NCBI GenBank assembly: GCA_044229845.1
Contig: JBGASG010000006.1
Location: 268,102 to 332,101, forward strand
Length of the DNA: 64,000 nucleotides
Reading direction: 5' to 3'
Origin: Candidatus Obscuribacteraceae bacterium
GTDB taxonomy: Bacteria; Cyanobacteriota; Vampirovibrionia; Obscuribacterales; Obscuribacteraceae
Both the position numbers and the translations under genes were made by a program. Shown here one piece after another: positions 55,238 to 64,000 of the stretch (positions within the stretch are counted from its first letter, which is position 1; every line of letters starts with the position of its first letter). The notes under the pieces were generated by a model. The model was given only the letters and a program-made list of their open reading frames with translations. It was not told the origin of the DNA and did no database searches.

Positions 55238-57684
55238 ACGGCGCCGAAGGAACAGGAACGGCGCCGGAGCCAGCCGTTGCGCCGTCCGCTGCAGTCGAGT
55301 CGTCGGAATCCGCGCACAATGAATTAGTGCGCGCCCGCCGCAGTCGCAAGCTGATGTTCGCTTTGCTTTTTGTCGTCGCCGCCGTGACGATACTGTCCTA
55401 CAGCGCCGTTTTGTGCGACTTCTTTGTCGGTGACGACTATGTGCATCTGACCTGGCTCAAACAAGCGGTAGTAAATCCGGAGCTGGTCTGGAAAAACTTC
55501 CACAGCTCCTGGCTCGACGGGGTCACCACTAAGTTTTACCGGCCGCTGATCTCGGTGTTCATGTACACCGACTATCTGATCTGGCGCAGCAACGGAATCG
55601 GCTTTCACATCACCAACCTGGTGTTTCATCTGATTGCCACCTTCGCTCTCTTCGGCGTAGTCTCACAATTGCGTCGCACCACCGAGCCGACGGACAACAG
55701 ACAGACAGACAGACATCTCGACTTCTGGGCGCTGGCGGCGGCAATGTTGTTTGGTTTGTATCCGCTGCATCCGGAAGCGGTGGCCTGGATAACCGGGCGC
55801 GTCGACACCATCGTCACCGCCTTCACTCTGCTCAGCCTCTGGTGTTACATGCGCTGGCGCAACGGTTGTTCCAAAGTGTCCGCCGCCGCTTCCGCAGGTT
55901 TCCTCACTCTGGCACTTTTGTCGAAAGAGATGGCGGTTACGCTGCCCGCTGTTTTCATTTTCGTAGAAGTGACGCGCTGGCTGTCCCCCCGCACTGTAAG
56001 CTCCGACTCTCCGGCAGCCACGACCCATAGCTGGCGCGCCTTACTGAGATCGTCTCTCCATACGCTGCCCTTCTGGATGGTTGTCGCCGTTTACTTTGCA
56101 GTGCGGCGCGTTGCACTGGGGACATTCGTCGGCGGCTACGACGATTCGTTGTTTTTCATTGCCGATATCAAAGGTTTCATCGCCGGCTGGGCGCATGCTC
56201 TGCGCATGGTAGTGGTGCCGATCAACTCCGAGATTCTGCCCACGCGCAGTCCCCTCGGGATGGCCTGGCAAATCCTTCTGGCGATAGCTGCGGCACTTTC
56301 CCTCTGGACTGCGGCGCGCAACCGCGCCGTGCGCTGGCAACTGTTTTTTCTGGTCTCCTGGTTTGCGCTTGCGCTGGTGCCCGTCTACAAAATTTTCGCC
56401 ATCGCCGACGATCTGCAAGGCAGCCGGTTGGCATATCTGGCCACAGCTCCACTGTGCGCAGCTATAGTTTTGATGCTCAGTCATGTCGGACCTCTGACCG
56501 GCAACAGCCGCATCGCAGGTCGCTTAAAAGTGGCAATCACGGTGGCGCTGATGATTGTCTCCGGTGCCGTGCTGTTTCTCAACAATGTGCCCTGGATGCT
56601 GGCTGGACTTGAGTCTAATCGTATTCGCGATGCGCTCGACGACCTCTATTCCGACGTAATCAACGGCGACCCCGAAGTGCTGCTGGTCGGGCTGCCCGAT
56701 ACCACATTTGGTGCATACACCTGTCGCAATGCATTGCAAGGCATGACGCAAACGCCTCAGTTCAGCCGTGATCTGCAGCACGTGATCGCAATCAATGCCT
56801 TCGAGCCCATTTTACCTTTTGGATTTCTAAAAGAATCGATGGCCGTCGAGCCGCACCCCGTGCGCGTCTTTCGCTGGAACTCGGAGAAGGGCAGCTTCGA
56901 CCCGCAGCCAATCCCGAAAGCGCAACTGGAGAGCGATATCGATCTGAGCGTCTCCGACAAAGAGTCGCCGAAGCCTGCGCAGATGCGCACGCGCGATCGG
57001 CTTTACGACGTAGAGCCGCTGCCCACATTGCCTTGCTGGTCGATGGAGTTCGTGGAAGTAGCCCTCAACGCTGACTCTCCAGGTCCGCTGCACGCAGATC
57101 TTTTTTACGCCAACACAGCCGACCCGAACATCGAACTGAAGCGACGCAGCCATGCAGAAGATGCCGGCACCGGTCGCGAGCATAAGCTGATCTTCCCACT
57201 GCGCGGTCTGCCGGACTGGTCGCTGGGCGGGCGAGCGTTGAAGATGCAGCTGGGATTGCCCGCCAAGGGCACCGTCCATGTGCAATCGATTAAAGTAGTG
57301 CCGCCCCGGACCATCATGCCGTATCTCTCTTTCCCCAATTCCGGCTATCTCGGAACCAAGGGCTACCTGCACCTGGGCAAGGACGCGCCAGAAGCTACGG
57401 TAAAAGTGGACTTTTCAGGAATCGCAGGAGCCGTGGCTGCCGACGCCGAAATAACCCGCGCCAATCTTTTGTTTGAAGAGCAAAACTGCACCCAGCAAAG
57501 CAAAGTGCAGGGAATGCTTGTGCCGTTTTCTGGCGACGCCGCCGCAAAGACGGGCGAACTGACTCTAAAGCTGGACCAGTTTAAGACTCCCGGGATTTAT
57601 GAGTTGCGCGCTTGGGCAAAGAACTCACAAGGACAGCCGTCCGGTGTTGCATCCGACCATATCGTCATCGCAGTAGACCCATGA
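55216..57684 (+). CDS. GT-C fold membrane glycosyltransferase (GT39/TMTC-like) with a large periplasmic C-domain
   Basis: FVGDD, FYRPL, FHITNLVFH, YPLHPEAVAWITGR, LLSKE. Confidence 0.82.
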   Translation: MSGRAQIDGAEGTGTAPEPAVAPSAAVESSESAHNELVRARRSRKLMFALLFVVAAVTILSYSAVLCDFFVGDDYVHLTWLKQAVVNPELVWKNFHSSWLDGVTTKFYRPLISVFMYTDYLIWRSNGIGFHITNLVFHLIATFALFGVVSQLRRTTEPTDNRQTDRHLDFWALAAAMLFGLYPLHPEAVAWITGRVDTIVTAFTLLSLWCYMRWRNGCSKVSAAASAGFLTLALLSKEMAVTLPAVFIFVEVTRWLSPRTVSSDSPAATTHSWRALLRSSLHTLPFWMVVAVYFAVRRVALGTFVGGYDDSLFFIADIKGFIAGWAHALRMVVVPINSEILPTRSPLGMAWQILLAIAAALSLWTAARNRAVRWQLFFLVSWFALALVPVYKIFAIADDLQGSRLAYLATAPLCAAIVLMLSHVGPLTGNSRIAGRLKVAITVALMIVSGAVLFLNNVPWMLAGLESNRIRDALDDLYSDVINGDPEVLLVGLPDTTFGAYTCRNALQGMTQTPQFSRDLQHVIAINAFEPILPFGFLKESMAVEPHPVRVFRWNSEKGSFDPQPIPKAQLESDIDLSVSDKESPKPAQMRTRDRLYDVEPLPTLPCWSMEFVEVALNADSPGPLHADLFYANTADPNIELKRRSHAEDAGTGREHKLIFPLRGLPDWSLGGRALKMQLGLPAKGTVHVQSIKVVPPRTIMPYLSFPNSGYLGTKGYLHLGKDAPEATVKVDFSGIAGAVAADAEITRANLLFEEQNCTQQSKVQGMLVPFSGDAAAKTGELTLKLDQFKTPGIYELRAWAKNSQGQPSGVASDHIVIAVDP

Positions 57685-58049
57685 GCGTTTCGCGTCCGCC
57701 TTTCAAATCCAGTCTTATCGGACAGAGGCTGATTGAAGCCGGGTACCTGACCAAAGACCAGTTGACCGAAGCCCTCAGTCGCCAAAACGAAACCGGGCTC
57801 TTACTTGGCGAGGTTTGCCTGTTAAAAGGCTGGCTCAGTTATCAGCAATTGAGAGACTGCTTGCCAACATTGCGATCTAAACTAGGAGAACGTCTAATTT
57901 CGAGCGGCTACATTAGTATTGAACAACTGTGGCTGGCTTTACTCGAACAACGCCACACAGGCGATAAACTGGGAGACATACTCATTAATCGCGGCTGGAT
58001 TGACAACTCCGTTCTAAACCAAGTGTTGCCTCGTCCTGCCATCAAATAA
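57681..58049 (+). CDS. Stand-alone tandem MshEN/GSPII_N-like protein
   Basis: Four repeats of (L/I)GxxL(I/L)xxG(Y/W)(L/I)xxxQL; ATGA overlap with the upstream gene. Confidence 0.78.
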   Translation: MSVSRPPFKSSLIGQRLIEAGYLTKDQLTEALSRQNETGLLLGEVCLLKGWLSYQQLRDCLPTLRSKLGERLISSGYISIEQLWLALLEQRHTGDKLGDILINRGWIDNSVLNQVLPRPAIK

Positions 58050-58072
58050 GTCGGTGAGAAACGGAGAAACCC

Positions 58073-58747
58073 ATGGCTGAAAAGTTCACTATCGATGAGG
58101 CGGTCCAGACCGGGTGGAGCAAATTTCTAGAGAACGTCGGTCCGATGCTTCTCTTTGTTTCTTTGCCGGTAATCGTCATTCCGATCGTTTTAGGCGTACC
58201 GGAATTCGCGATCCAGATTATGAACTACAAGGGCGAGAACAACACGCTGACCATGATCGGGCTTCTCGTTCAGTTGCTGATGTTGCCGGTCAAGACTTGC
58301 GTGCAGATAGTTCTCGCGATGGGCATGATTCGCATTTCGCTGAAAGCCCTGGACGGCGTACCCTTCAGTTTCAACGACTACATGGAAGCGGCTCCCAACT
58401 TCTTGAATTTTCTGGCAGCCGGCTTCCTCTATGGTGCCATGCTCATGGTCGGGTTCCTTTGCCTGATACTGCCGGGGCTGGCAGTATTTGTGGTTTTCCA
58501 CTGGTACGGCTATCTGATTCTGGACAAGAAAATGGGTCCGCTGCAAGCGCTCGGAGGCAGCTTGACTCTCTGCAAAGACGCTTACATGGACCTGGCCATT
58601 TTGTGGCTGGTCATCTTTGCGATTAACATTGTCGGGTTTATTGCGCTGATCATCGGACTGATTCCAGCGCAGTTGTTGACGCTTCTGATACTGGCTCGAG
58701 TCTATCGCCGGCTGGTTGAGAACACGCCCGAATTAGCGGCGGCATAA
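58073..58747 (+). CDS. Integral membrane protein
   Basis: Multiple TM helices; GGAG RBS. Confidence 0.8.
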   Translation: MAEKFTIDEAVQTGWSKFLENVGPMLLFVSLPVIVIPIVLGVPEFAIQIMNYKGENNTLTMIGLLVQLLMLPVKTCVQIVLAMGMIRISLKALDGVPFSFNDYMEAAPNFLNFLAAGFLYGAMLMVGFLCLILPGLAVFVVFHWYGYLILDKKMGPLQALGGSLTLCKDAYMDLAILWLVIFAINIVGFIALIIGLIPAQLLTLLILARVYRRLVENTPELAAA

Positions 58748-58765
58748 GAGCACCAGGAGAGAATC

Positions 58766-60706
58766 ATGTCTAACATAAAAGAGGCGCCGCACGGATCGTG
58801 GGCGTCCCCGATCACGTCGGATGTAATCACCCAGGCGACGGTGAGACTGGCGCAGCCCGCCATCGACGGCGACGTCTCCTACTGGCTGGAAGGCCGCCCC
58901 TACGAAAAGGGGCGCACCGTGCTGGTGAAACGCCCGCATGGCGGACAATCGGTGGATGTGACGCCCGAGCCGTTCAATGTCAGAACCCTGGCGCATGAAT
59001 ATGGTGGCGGAGCTTATACCGTCAAACACGGTGTCATCTACTTCATCAATTTCAGCGATCAGCGCATCTATGAAGTAAAGAACGAGAAGACGCGCGCCGT
59101 CACAACGGAAGGTGCTTATCACTACGCGGACATTTGCGTAGACACCGGACGCGGTCGCTTAATTTGCGTGCGCGAAGACCACACTGTCAAAGGCCATGAG
59201 GCCCGCACAGAAATCGTTTCGATCGACATCGAAAGCGGCAAGCAATCGGTGCTGCTGACCGGCAATGACTTCTACTCTTCGCCGGGATTGAGCCCTGATG
59301 GCAAACGATTGACGTGGTTGACGTGGAGCCATCCCAATATGCCGTGGGATGAATCTCAGGTTTATGTCGGCGATGTTGCCGGCGACGGCACCATCAAAGG
59401 TGCGCGATTGGTGGCGGGAGGCAAAGACGAGTCATGCTTCCAACCGCAGTGGTCTCCGCAAGGCGAGCTGTTCTTCATCAGCGACCGCACCGGTTTCTGG
59501 AACTTCTATCGCGGCGACCGGTCACCACTTCTGGTGCTCGAACGAAGAACCGATTTCGGCATTCCGCAGTGGATATTCGGTATGTCCACGTATGATTTTT
59601 TGAACGATGGACGTATTCTCTGCGCATACGGCGACGACGGTGTTTCGAAACTCGCTTTTCTCGATGGCGAGCGGGGAACGCTGAGCGCAATCGACAATCA
59701 ATGGCAGGACTTCGGCAACATCCGGTGTGCGTCAGGCAAAGCAATTTTCCTGGGCGGATCCAGCACGCTCATGCCGGCGGTTGTAGAAATGGATGCCGGC
59801 GGCACCACTTTTGAAGTATTGCGAAAATCCAGCCCCCTGGAAATTGATGCCGGTTACATCTCCACCGCCCAGCCCATCAAGTTTCCCACCGAAGGCGGCA
59901 AGGAAGCCTATGCCTTCTTCTACCCGCCCAAGAACAAAGACTTTTCGGCGCCAGCCGGCGAACTACCGCCCCTGATTGTGAAAAGCCACGGCGGACCGAC
60001 CTCCGCCACTTCGAGCACACTCTCTCTGGGAATTCAATACTGGACCAGCCGCGGATTTGCAGTCGTCGACGTCAACTATGGCGGGTCGACCGGATTCGGG
60101 CGCGAGTATCGCAACCGGCTTTATGACAGCTGGGGCGTCGTAGATGTGGACGACTGCGTCAATGCTGCCAAATATCTGGCGAAACAGGGCAAGGTCGACG
60201 CCAAACGGATGGCGATTACCGGCGGCAGCGCCGGCGGTTACACGACGTTGTGCGCGCTCACCTTCCGCGACGTATTTCAGGCGGGCACCAGTTCTTATGG
60301 CGTCAGCGATCTGGAGGCGCTGGCCAAAGACACACACAAATTCGAAAGCCGATATCTAGATCGGCTGGTGGGACCGTATCCGCAGGCGAAGGACATTTAC
60401 ATCGCCCGCTCACCCGTCAACTTTGCACAGAAAATCAAATGCCCGGTTCTATTTTTGCAAGGGTTGGAAGACAAAGTAGTGCCGCCCTCGCAATCTGAAA
60501 CGATGGTCAATGCTCTGCGCAAAAACGGCATTCCAGTTGCCTACATAGAATTCGAGGGCGAGCAGCACGGCTGGCGCAAGGCAGAGACTATCAAACGCGC
60601 CCTCGACGCCGAACTCTTTTTCTACGGTGAGATTTTCGGATTCAAACCTGCAGGCACTCTCGAACCCGTCAAAATCGACAACTGGCACGCGCCCGTCAGA
60701 AACTAG
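58766..60706 (+). CDS. S9 family peptidase (acylaminoacyl/dipeptidyl aminopeptidase)
   Basis: APHGSWASPI, HGGPT, NYGGSTGFG, GGSAGG, QGLEDKVVPP, EGEQHG. Confidence 0.94.
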   Translation: MSNIKEAPHGSWASPITSDVITQATVRLAQPAIDGDVSYWLEGRPYEKGRTVLVKRPHGGQSVDVTPEPFNVRTLAHEYGGGAYTVKHGVIYFINFSDQRIYEVKNEKTRAVTTEGAYHYADICVDTGRGRLICVREDHTVKGHEARTEIVSIDIESGKQSVLLTGNDFYSSPGLSPDGKRLTWLTWSHPNMPWDESQVYVGDVAGDGTIKGARLVAGGKDESCFQPQWSPQGELFFISDRTGFWNFYRGDRSPLLVLERRTDFGIPQWIFGMSTYDFLNDGRILCAYGDDGVSKLAFLDGERGTLSAIDNQWQDFGNIRCASGKAIFLGGSSTLMPAVVEMDAGGTTFEVLRKSSPLEIDAGYISTAQPIKFPTEGGKEAYAFFYPPKNKDFSAPAGELPPLIVKSHGGPTSATSSTLSLGIQYWTSRGFAVVDVNYGGSTGFGREYRNRLYDSWGVVDVDDCVNAAKYLAKQGKVDAKRMAITGGSAGGYTTLCALTFRDVFQAGTSSYGVSDLEALAKDTHKFESRYLDRLVGPYPQAKDIYIARSPVNFAQKIKCPVLFLQGLEDKVVPPSQSETMVNALRKNGIPVAYIEFEGEQHGWRKAETIKRALDAELFFYGEIFGFKPAGTLEPVKIDNWHAPVRN

Positions 60707-62622
60707 GCTTTGGGCGGCTTGAGCAAGACCCGCCCATCGTTGAGGCGGCGTGTGACACTGCGATCGTCGAAGTAGGAAAGAAGCGCCATGGCGTACTTGC
60801 GCGTGGTTCCAGCCTTTTCGCGAAACTCACCGGGTGATATGTTTCGCTTCACCGCAAAGACTTCTGCCAGCACTTGATGCGCCTTCGCGATGTTTTCAGG
60901 CGTGGCAAGAAACTCCCGGTCCACCCGCACCAGGTGTCCCGCCTTCACCATCGAGTCGATCAATGGTGCAGCACTGACGCGCTCGGCTTTCAGGCGCTCG
61001 ATGACTTCTGCAGCCTCGATGCACAACTGCTCCTGGATGATGGACGTCACCTTTTGCATGGCCTGCAGATCGTCATCGCTGACTTCGGTTTTCGCATCGG
61101 CGCCCGGCAGGGAAATGCGGTCGCCCTTGCGGCAAAGGTTTCCGAGGTTTACTTCCTCATCGACGAGTGCGGTAAAGGTCTGCCGGTCCAATTTTGGCTT
61201 GAGCGACAGGCGCAGTTTCTCCAGAGAAATGTCCTGGTCTTTGCTATCGCCTTTCGCTGCAACTTTGCACTGTTCCGACAAAGACTGCCGCAACTGCGGT
61301 TTCATCAAATTCTCGCCCAGTTTTGCCAGTTGCTTCTCGGCATACAACTCATCGAGCACCGAAACATCACTCTCTGGAAGAAACGTTTCTCTCAGCAGCC
61401 CTTCGCGAAATATTGCCTGCGGTGCAGTCACGACGGCTTGCAAAACGGCTTCTTTGAAATCACCGGACAGCAGTGCCTGGCAGAGACTGGTCGATGTATT
61501 TCGGCTCAGCCAGCGCGGTTTCTCACGCAGCAAAATGACGCCTCCGAAGATCGAGTCATCAGCGAGGCGAATGACAAATCTGTCTTGCGGCTGCGCAGCC
61601 AGCGGGTCCGCCAGACCTATAAAAGCCAGCACGGATTGCGGCGAACCGACCTCTTCCACCCAGCGAATGCGTCCGTGACATTCGGACGTGCCGTGATAAA
61701 AACGCACCGGCTGGTCTTGCAAAATCTCGACCAGTCGCGTTTTGCTTGTCTGCGGGCGGTCGACGATGTTAACCAATAGCGACCGCGTCGGTGACAGTGA
61801 CTCGCCTGACACGACAAAACCACGCACAATTGCATGATTTTGCTCGCGCAAGACCAGATTGCAAGCCACTCGCTGTCCGGCAGTGACATGATCGACGTTG
61901 GCCCCAAAAGTCTCCAGACGGCGCACCCGACCTGATACCGAATCTGGTGCCAGCGTTATATTGTCGCCCACCGCCAGCCGTCCACGCACGAGAGTGCCGG
62001 TGACGACTGTTCCAAAACCCTGCTTGCTGAATACGCGATCGACGGGAAGAAACGCACTGCCGCTTGCAGTGCGGCGCGGCAATTTTTGGAGTGCACGCTG
62101 GAGAGTTTCCTTGAGGTCCTCAATACCGATTCCCTTCACGGAAGAAACCCGCACGCTGTCGACAATCTGCATGCCGTGCTGCTGGACTAGAGTGCGCACG
62201 GCTTCTTCGCACAGCTTGATTTTGTCTTCATCGCACATGTCGATTTTTGTGATCACGGGCAGCACTTTATCGATGCCTAGAAGACTGAGGATGCGAACGT
62301 GTTGAACTGTTTGCGGCATCGGTCCTTCATCGGCCGCCACCACCAGAAGCGCCATGTCGAGCCCGCCGACGCCGGCCAGCATGTTTTTCAAAAAACGCCC
62401 GTGTCCGGGCACGTCAACAAAACCCGCCACCAGATCTCCGGGCAATCGCAAATGTGCGAAGCCGAGATCCGTGGTCATCTGGCGTTCCTTTTCTTCCTTG
62501 AGGCGATCCGGATCGATGCCCGTGAGCGCACGCAACAAACTGGTTTTGCCATGATCCACATGTCCGGCGGTGGATATGGTGAAGAATCGCGTGGTCTCTG
62601 CAAATGGTGCGACGATCTGCAT
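60703..62622 (-). CDS. selB: Selenocysteine-specific elongation factor
   Basis: [41 protein letters not shown]-terminal winged helix [14 protein letters not shown]...TRR...R. Confidence 0.92.
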   Translation of the reverse strand: MQIVAPFAETTRFFTISTAGHVDHGKTSLLRALTGIDPDRLKEEKERQMTTDLGFAHLRLPGDLVAGFVDVPGHGRFLKNMLAGVGGLDMALLVVAADEGPMPQTVQHVRILSLLGIDKVLPVITKIDMCDEDKIKLCEEAVRTLVQQHGMQIVDSVRVSSVKGIGIEDLKETLQRALQKLPRRTASGSAFLPVDRVFSKQGFGTVVTGTLVRGRLAVGDNITLAPDSVSGRVRRLETFGANVDHVTAGQRVACNLVLREQNHAIVRGFVVSGESLSPTRSLLVNIVDRPQTSKTRLVEILQDQPVRFYHGTSECHGRIRWVEEVGSPQSVLAFIGLADPLAAQPQDRFVIRLADDSIFGGVILLREKPRWLSRNTSTSLCQALLSGDFKEAVLQAVVTAPQAIFREGLLRETFLPESDVSVLDELYAEKQLAKLGENLMKPQLRQSLSEQCKVAAKGDSKDQDISLEKLRLSLKPKLDRQTFTALVDEEVNLGNLCRKGDRISLPGADAKTEVSDDDLQAMQKVTSIIQEQLCIEAAEVIERLKAERVSAAPLIDSMVKAGHLVRVDREFLATPENIAKAHQVLAEVFAVKRNISPGEFREKAGTTRKYAMALLSYFDDRSVTRRLNDGRVLLKPPKA

Positions 62623-62795
62623 AGTAATGTAGCGGTAGGAAATTTTGCTAATGAACCAACTCTACCCGATCAGACGGCGCTTGTCGCGCGCTTGACGTCC
62701 GCCTGCCATGCGCTCGCTGAGAGAGTGTTTGGATTCGCCGATGCGTTTGTTTGTAAGATAACTTCGTTGAAGTCGTCGGCCGCAAGAGGTTTCCC

Positions 62796-63413
62796 GTGCT
62801 CCATCAGTTTATCGATCCGATATTGGTCTGGATTCGCGATGTCGTAGCCAGCATGGGATATCTCGGCATCATCCTGATGATGGCAATTGAATCGGCAAAC
62901 ATTCCATTGCCGAGCGAAGCCATCATGCCGACCGCCGGCATTCTGGTGCAACAAAAGAAAATGGACTTCCACTTGGCCGCGCTGTCCGGTGCAATCGGCT
63001 GTGTGTTGGGTTCGATTCCATCTTATTTCCTCGGACTCTATGGTGGACGCCCGTTTGTCGAGAAGTACGGCAAGTGGATTCTAGTGAGCATGAAGGATCT
63101 GGAAGACGCCGATAAATGGGTGGATAAATTCGGCGATTGGGCATTCTTCATCTGCCGCATGCTGCCCGTGGTGCGCACATTCATTTCGTTTCCTGCCGGC
63201 GTGCTGAAAGCTCACTTCGGCATGTTCTGTCTATTCACTTTCATCGGTTCGTGGATCTGGTGTTACTTCCTGACCTGGGTCGGCATCGAGTTCGGTAACC
63301 GCATGGAGATGTTCACCGATCTCTGGCACAAGTTCGATGTGGCCATCGTCGCCGTCTGCGGCGGTCTCGGTATCTGGTATCTGGTGCACCACTTCAAGAA
63401 GCACGCGCACTGA
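62796..63413 (+). CDS. DedA family membrane protein
   Basis: MAIES..IPLPSE, RMLPVVRTFISFPAG. Confidence 0.93.
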   Translation: MLHQFIDPILVWIRDVVASMGYLGIILMMAIESANIPLPSEAIMPTAGILVQQKKMDFHLAALSGAIGCVLGSIPSYFLGLYGGRPFVEKYGKWILVSMKDLEDADKWVDKFGDWAFFICRMLPVVRTFISFPAGVLKAHFGMFCLFTFIGSWIWCYFLTWVGIEFGNRMEMFTDLWHKFDVAIVAVCGGLGIWYLVHHFKKHAH

Positions 63414-63438
63414 GTCGCTGCACCCGGAGCACATACTG

Positions 63439-63467
63439 AAGCCACGGCGAACCGCCCGTGGTGCTTT
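63439..63467. terminator. Hairpin between convergent genes
   Basis: AAGC-CACGG...CCGTG-GT-GCTTT. Confidence 0.45.
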
Positions 63468-63876
63468 AGAGTTTGCGGTACTGGCGCTTGCGAGTGTCCT
63501 GACGAATTTCGAGCAGCTCGCGCAACAACGCTTGTTTTTCCGGGCTATCCCAGCGCTTGAGCCATTCGGCTATGGCCAGTTGAATCATGCCGCTTTTGTC
63601 AGGTGAATTAGTGCCGTACATCCGCTTCAACTCCAACCAGATGGAATTCAGCGCTGCCAGCTGCTCTGACGGCAGTTTCACCGTATAAGCGACGTATTTG
63701 CGGCTGGTTGCCAGTGCCTGCTGAGACGTCAGCAAGATTTCTTCTTCACCCAGCCCGAGTTCCAGCTCCATCTCAGCAGGCTCGGAGGCGGCGGGAGCTT
63801 CGCGTCCCTCATCGCCTTGCGCCTGTGCCGGCGGCTGCGGATGCTGTTGTCCGAGTCTCAGGTGATCGTCCATCAT
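63466..63876 (-). CDS. Hypothetical protein with a possible ribbon-helix-helix C-domain
   Basis: Acidic disordered N-terminus; YTVKLPSEQLAALNSIW...DKSGMIQLAIAEW. Start 63876 or 63915. Confidence 0.65.
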   Translation of the reverse strand: MMDDHLRLGQQHPQPPAQAQGDEGREAPAASEPAEMELELGLGEEEILLTSQQALATSRKYVAYTVKLPSEQLAALNSIWLELKRMYGTNSPDKSGMIQLAIAEWLKRWDSPEKQALLRELLEIRQDTRKRQYRKL

Positions 63877-64000
63877 GGGATATTCTTCAGCTCCAGTTGA
63901 CCCGGGACGCGCCAACGCTGCCGTAATTTTACCCTCTGTGGCATGGGAACTTCACCATGCGCGATCTTGATTTTCGCCCGTAAATGCCCACAATCAAAGG

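Noticed and set aside
63411..63470. dedA TGA plus downstream hairpin as a Sec codon with SECIS
   Set aside because: DedA is already complete at the TGA; the hairpin is ~25 nt away, between convergent genes, which fits a terminator.
1..64000. HIP1 (GCGATCGC) enrichment, CRISPR arrays, IS elements, prophage
   Set aside because: Only a few HIP1 copies were noticed by eye (about 6657, 36082, 42220; not counted exhaustively). No spaced direct repeats, transposases or phage genes were seen.

Overview
This is a core chromosomal segment of moderately high GC, most likely from a non-photosynthetic relative of cyanobacteria (Melainabacteria/Vampirovibrionia, Obscuribacterales-like). The taxonomy is my inference from cyanobacteria-type genes plus selB and no photosynthesis genes in the window. 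Housekeeping content: an oligopeptide-type ABC transporter, glmU, coaX, tsaB-rimI-bioY, secA, rlmN, mraY, pcrA/uvrD, ndk, selB, dedA, tRNA-Ala(GGC), and envelope genes (amidase, LCP, two GT9, DegT-acyltransferase-GT-C). Cyclic-nucleotide signalling genes include a DICT-GAF-GGDEF-HD-GYP hybrid, a PilS-like kinase with an HD-GYP regulator, CpdA and a stand-alone MshEN-like protein. I found no CRISPR array, integrase or transposase. Best leads: (1) a histone-H1-like tail fused to a HicB-type ribbon-helix-helix behind a structured, possibly switchable leader; (2) an unannotated ~130-nt cloverleaf RNA with promoter and terminator upstream of glmU; (3) a 162-nt element bounded by 33-nt imperfect inverted repeats with strand-biased G-U pairs; (4) a perfect 32-bp palindrome; (5) an unannotated 54-aa gene; (6) a large insertion in SecA; (7) a prion-like G/S/Y/N linker in PcrA. 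All calls come from reading motifs by eye, with no database searches.
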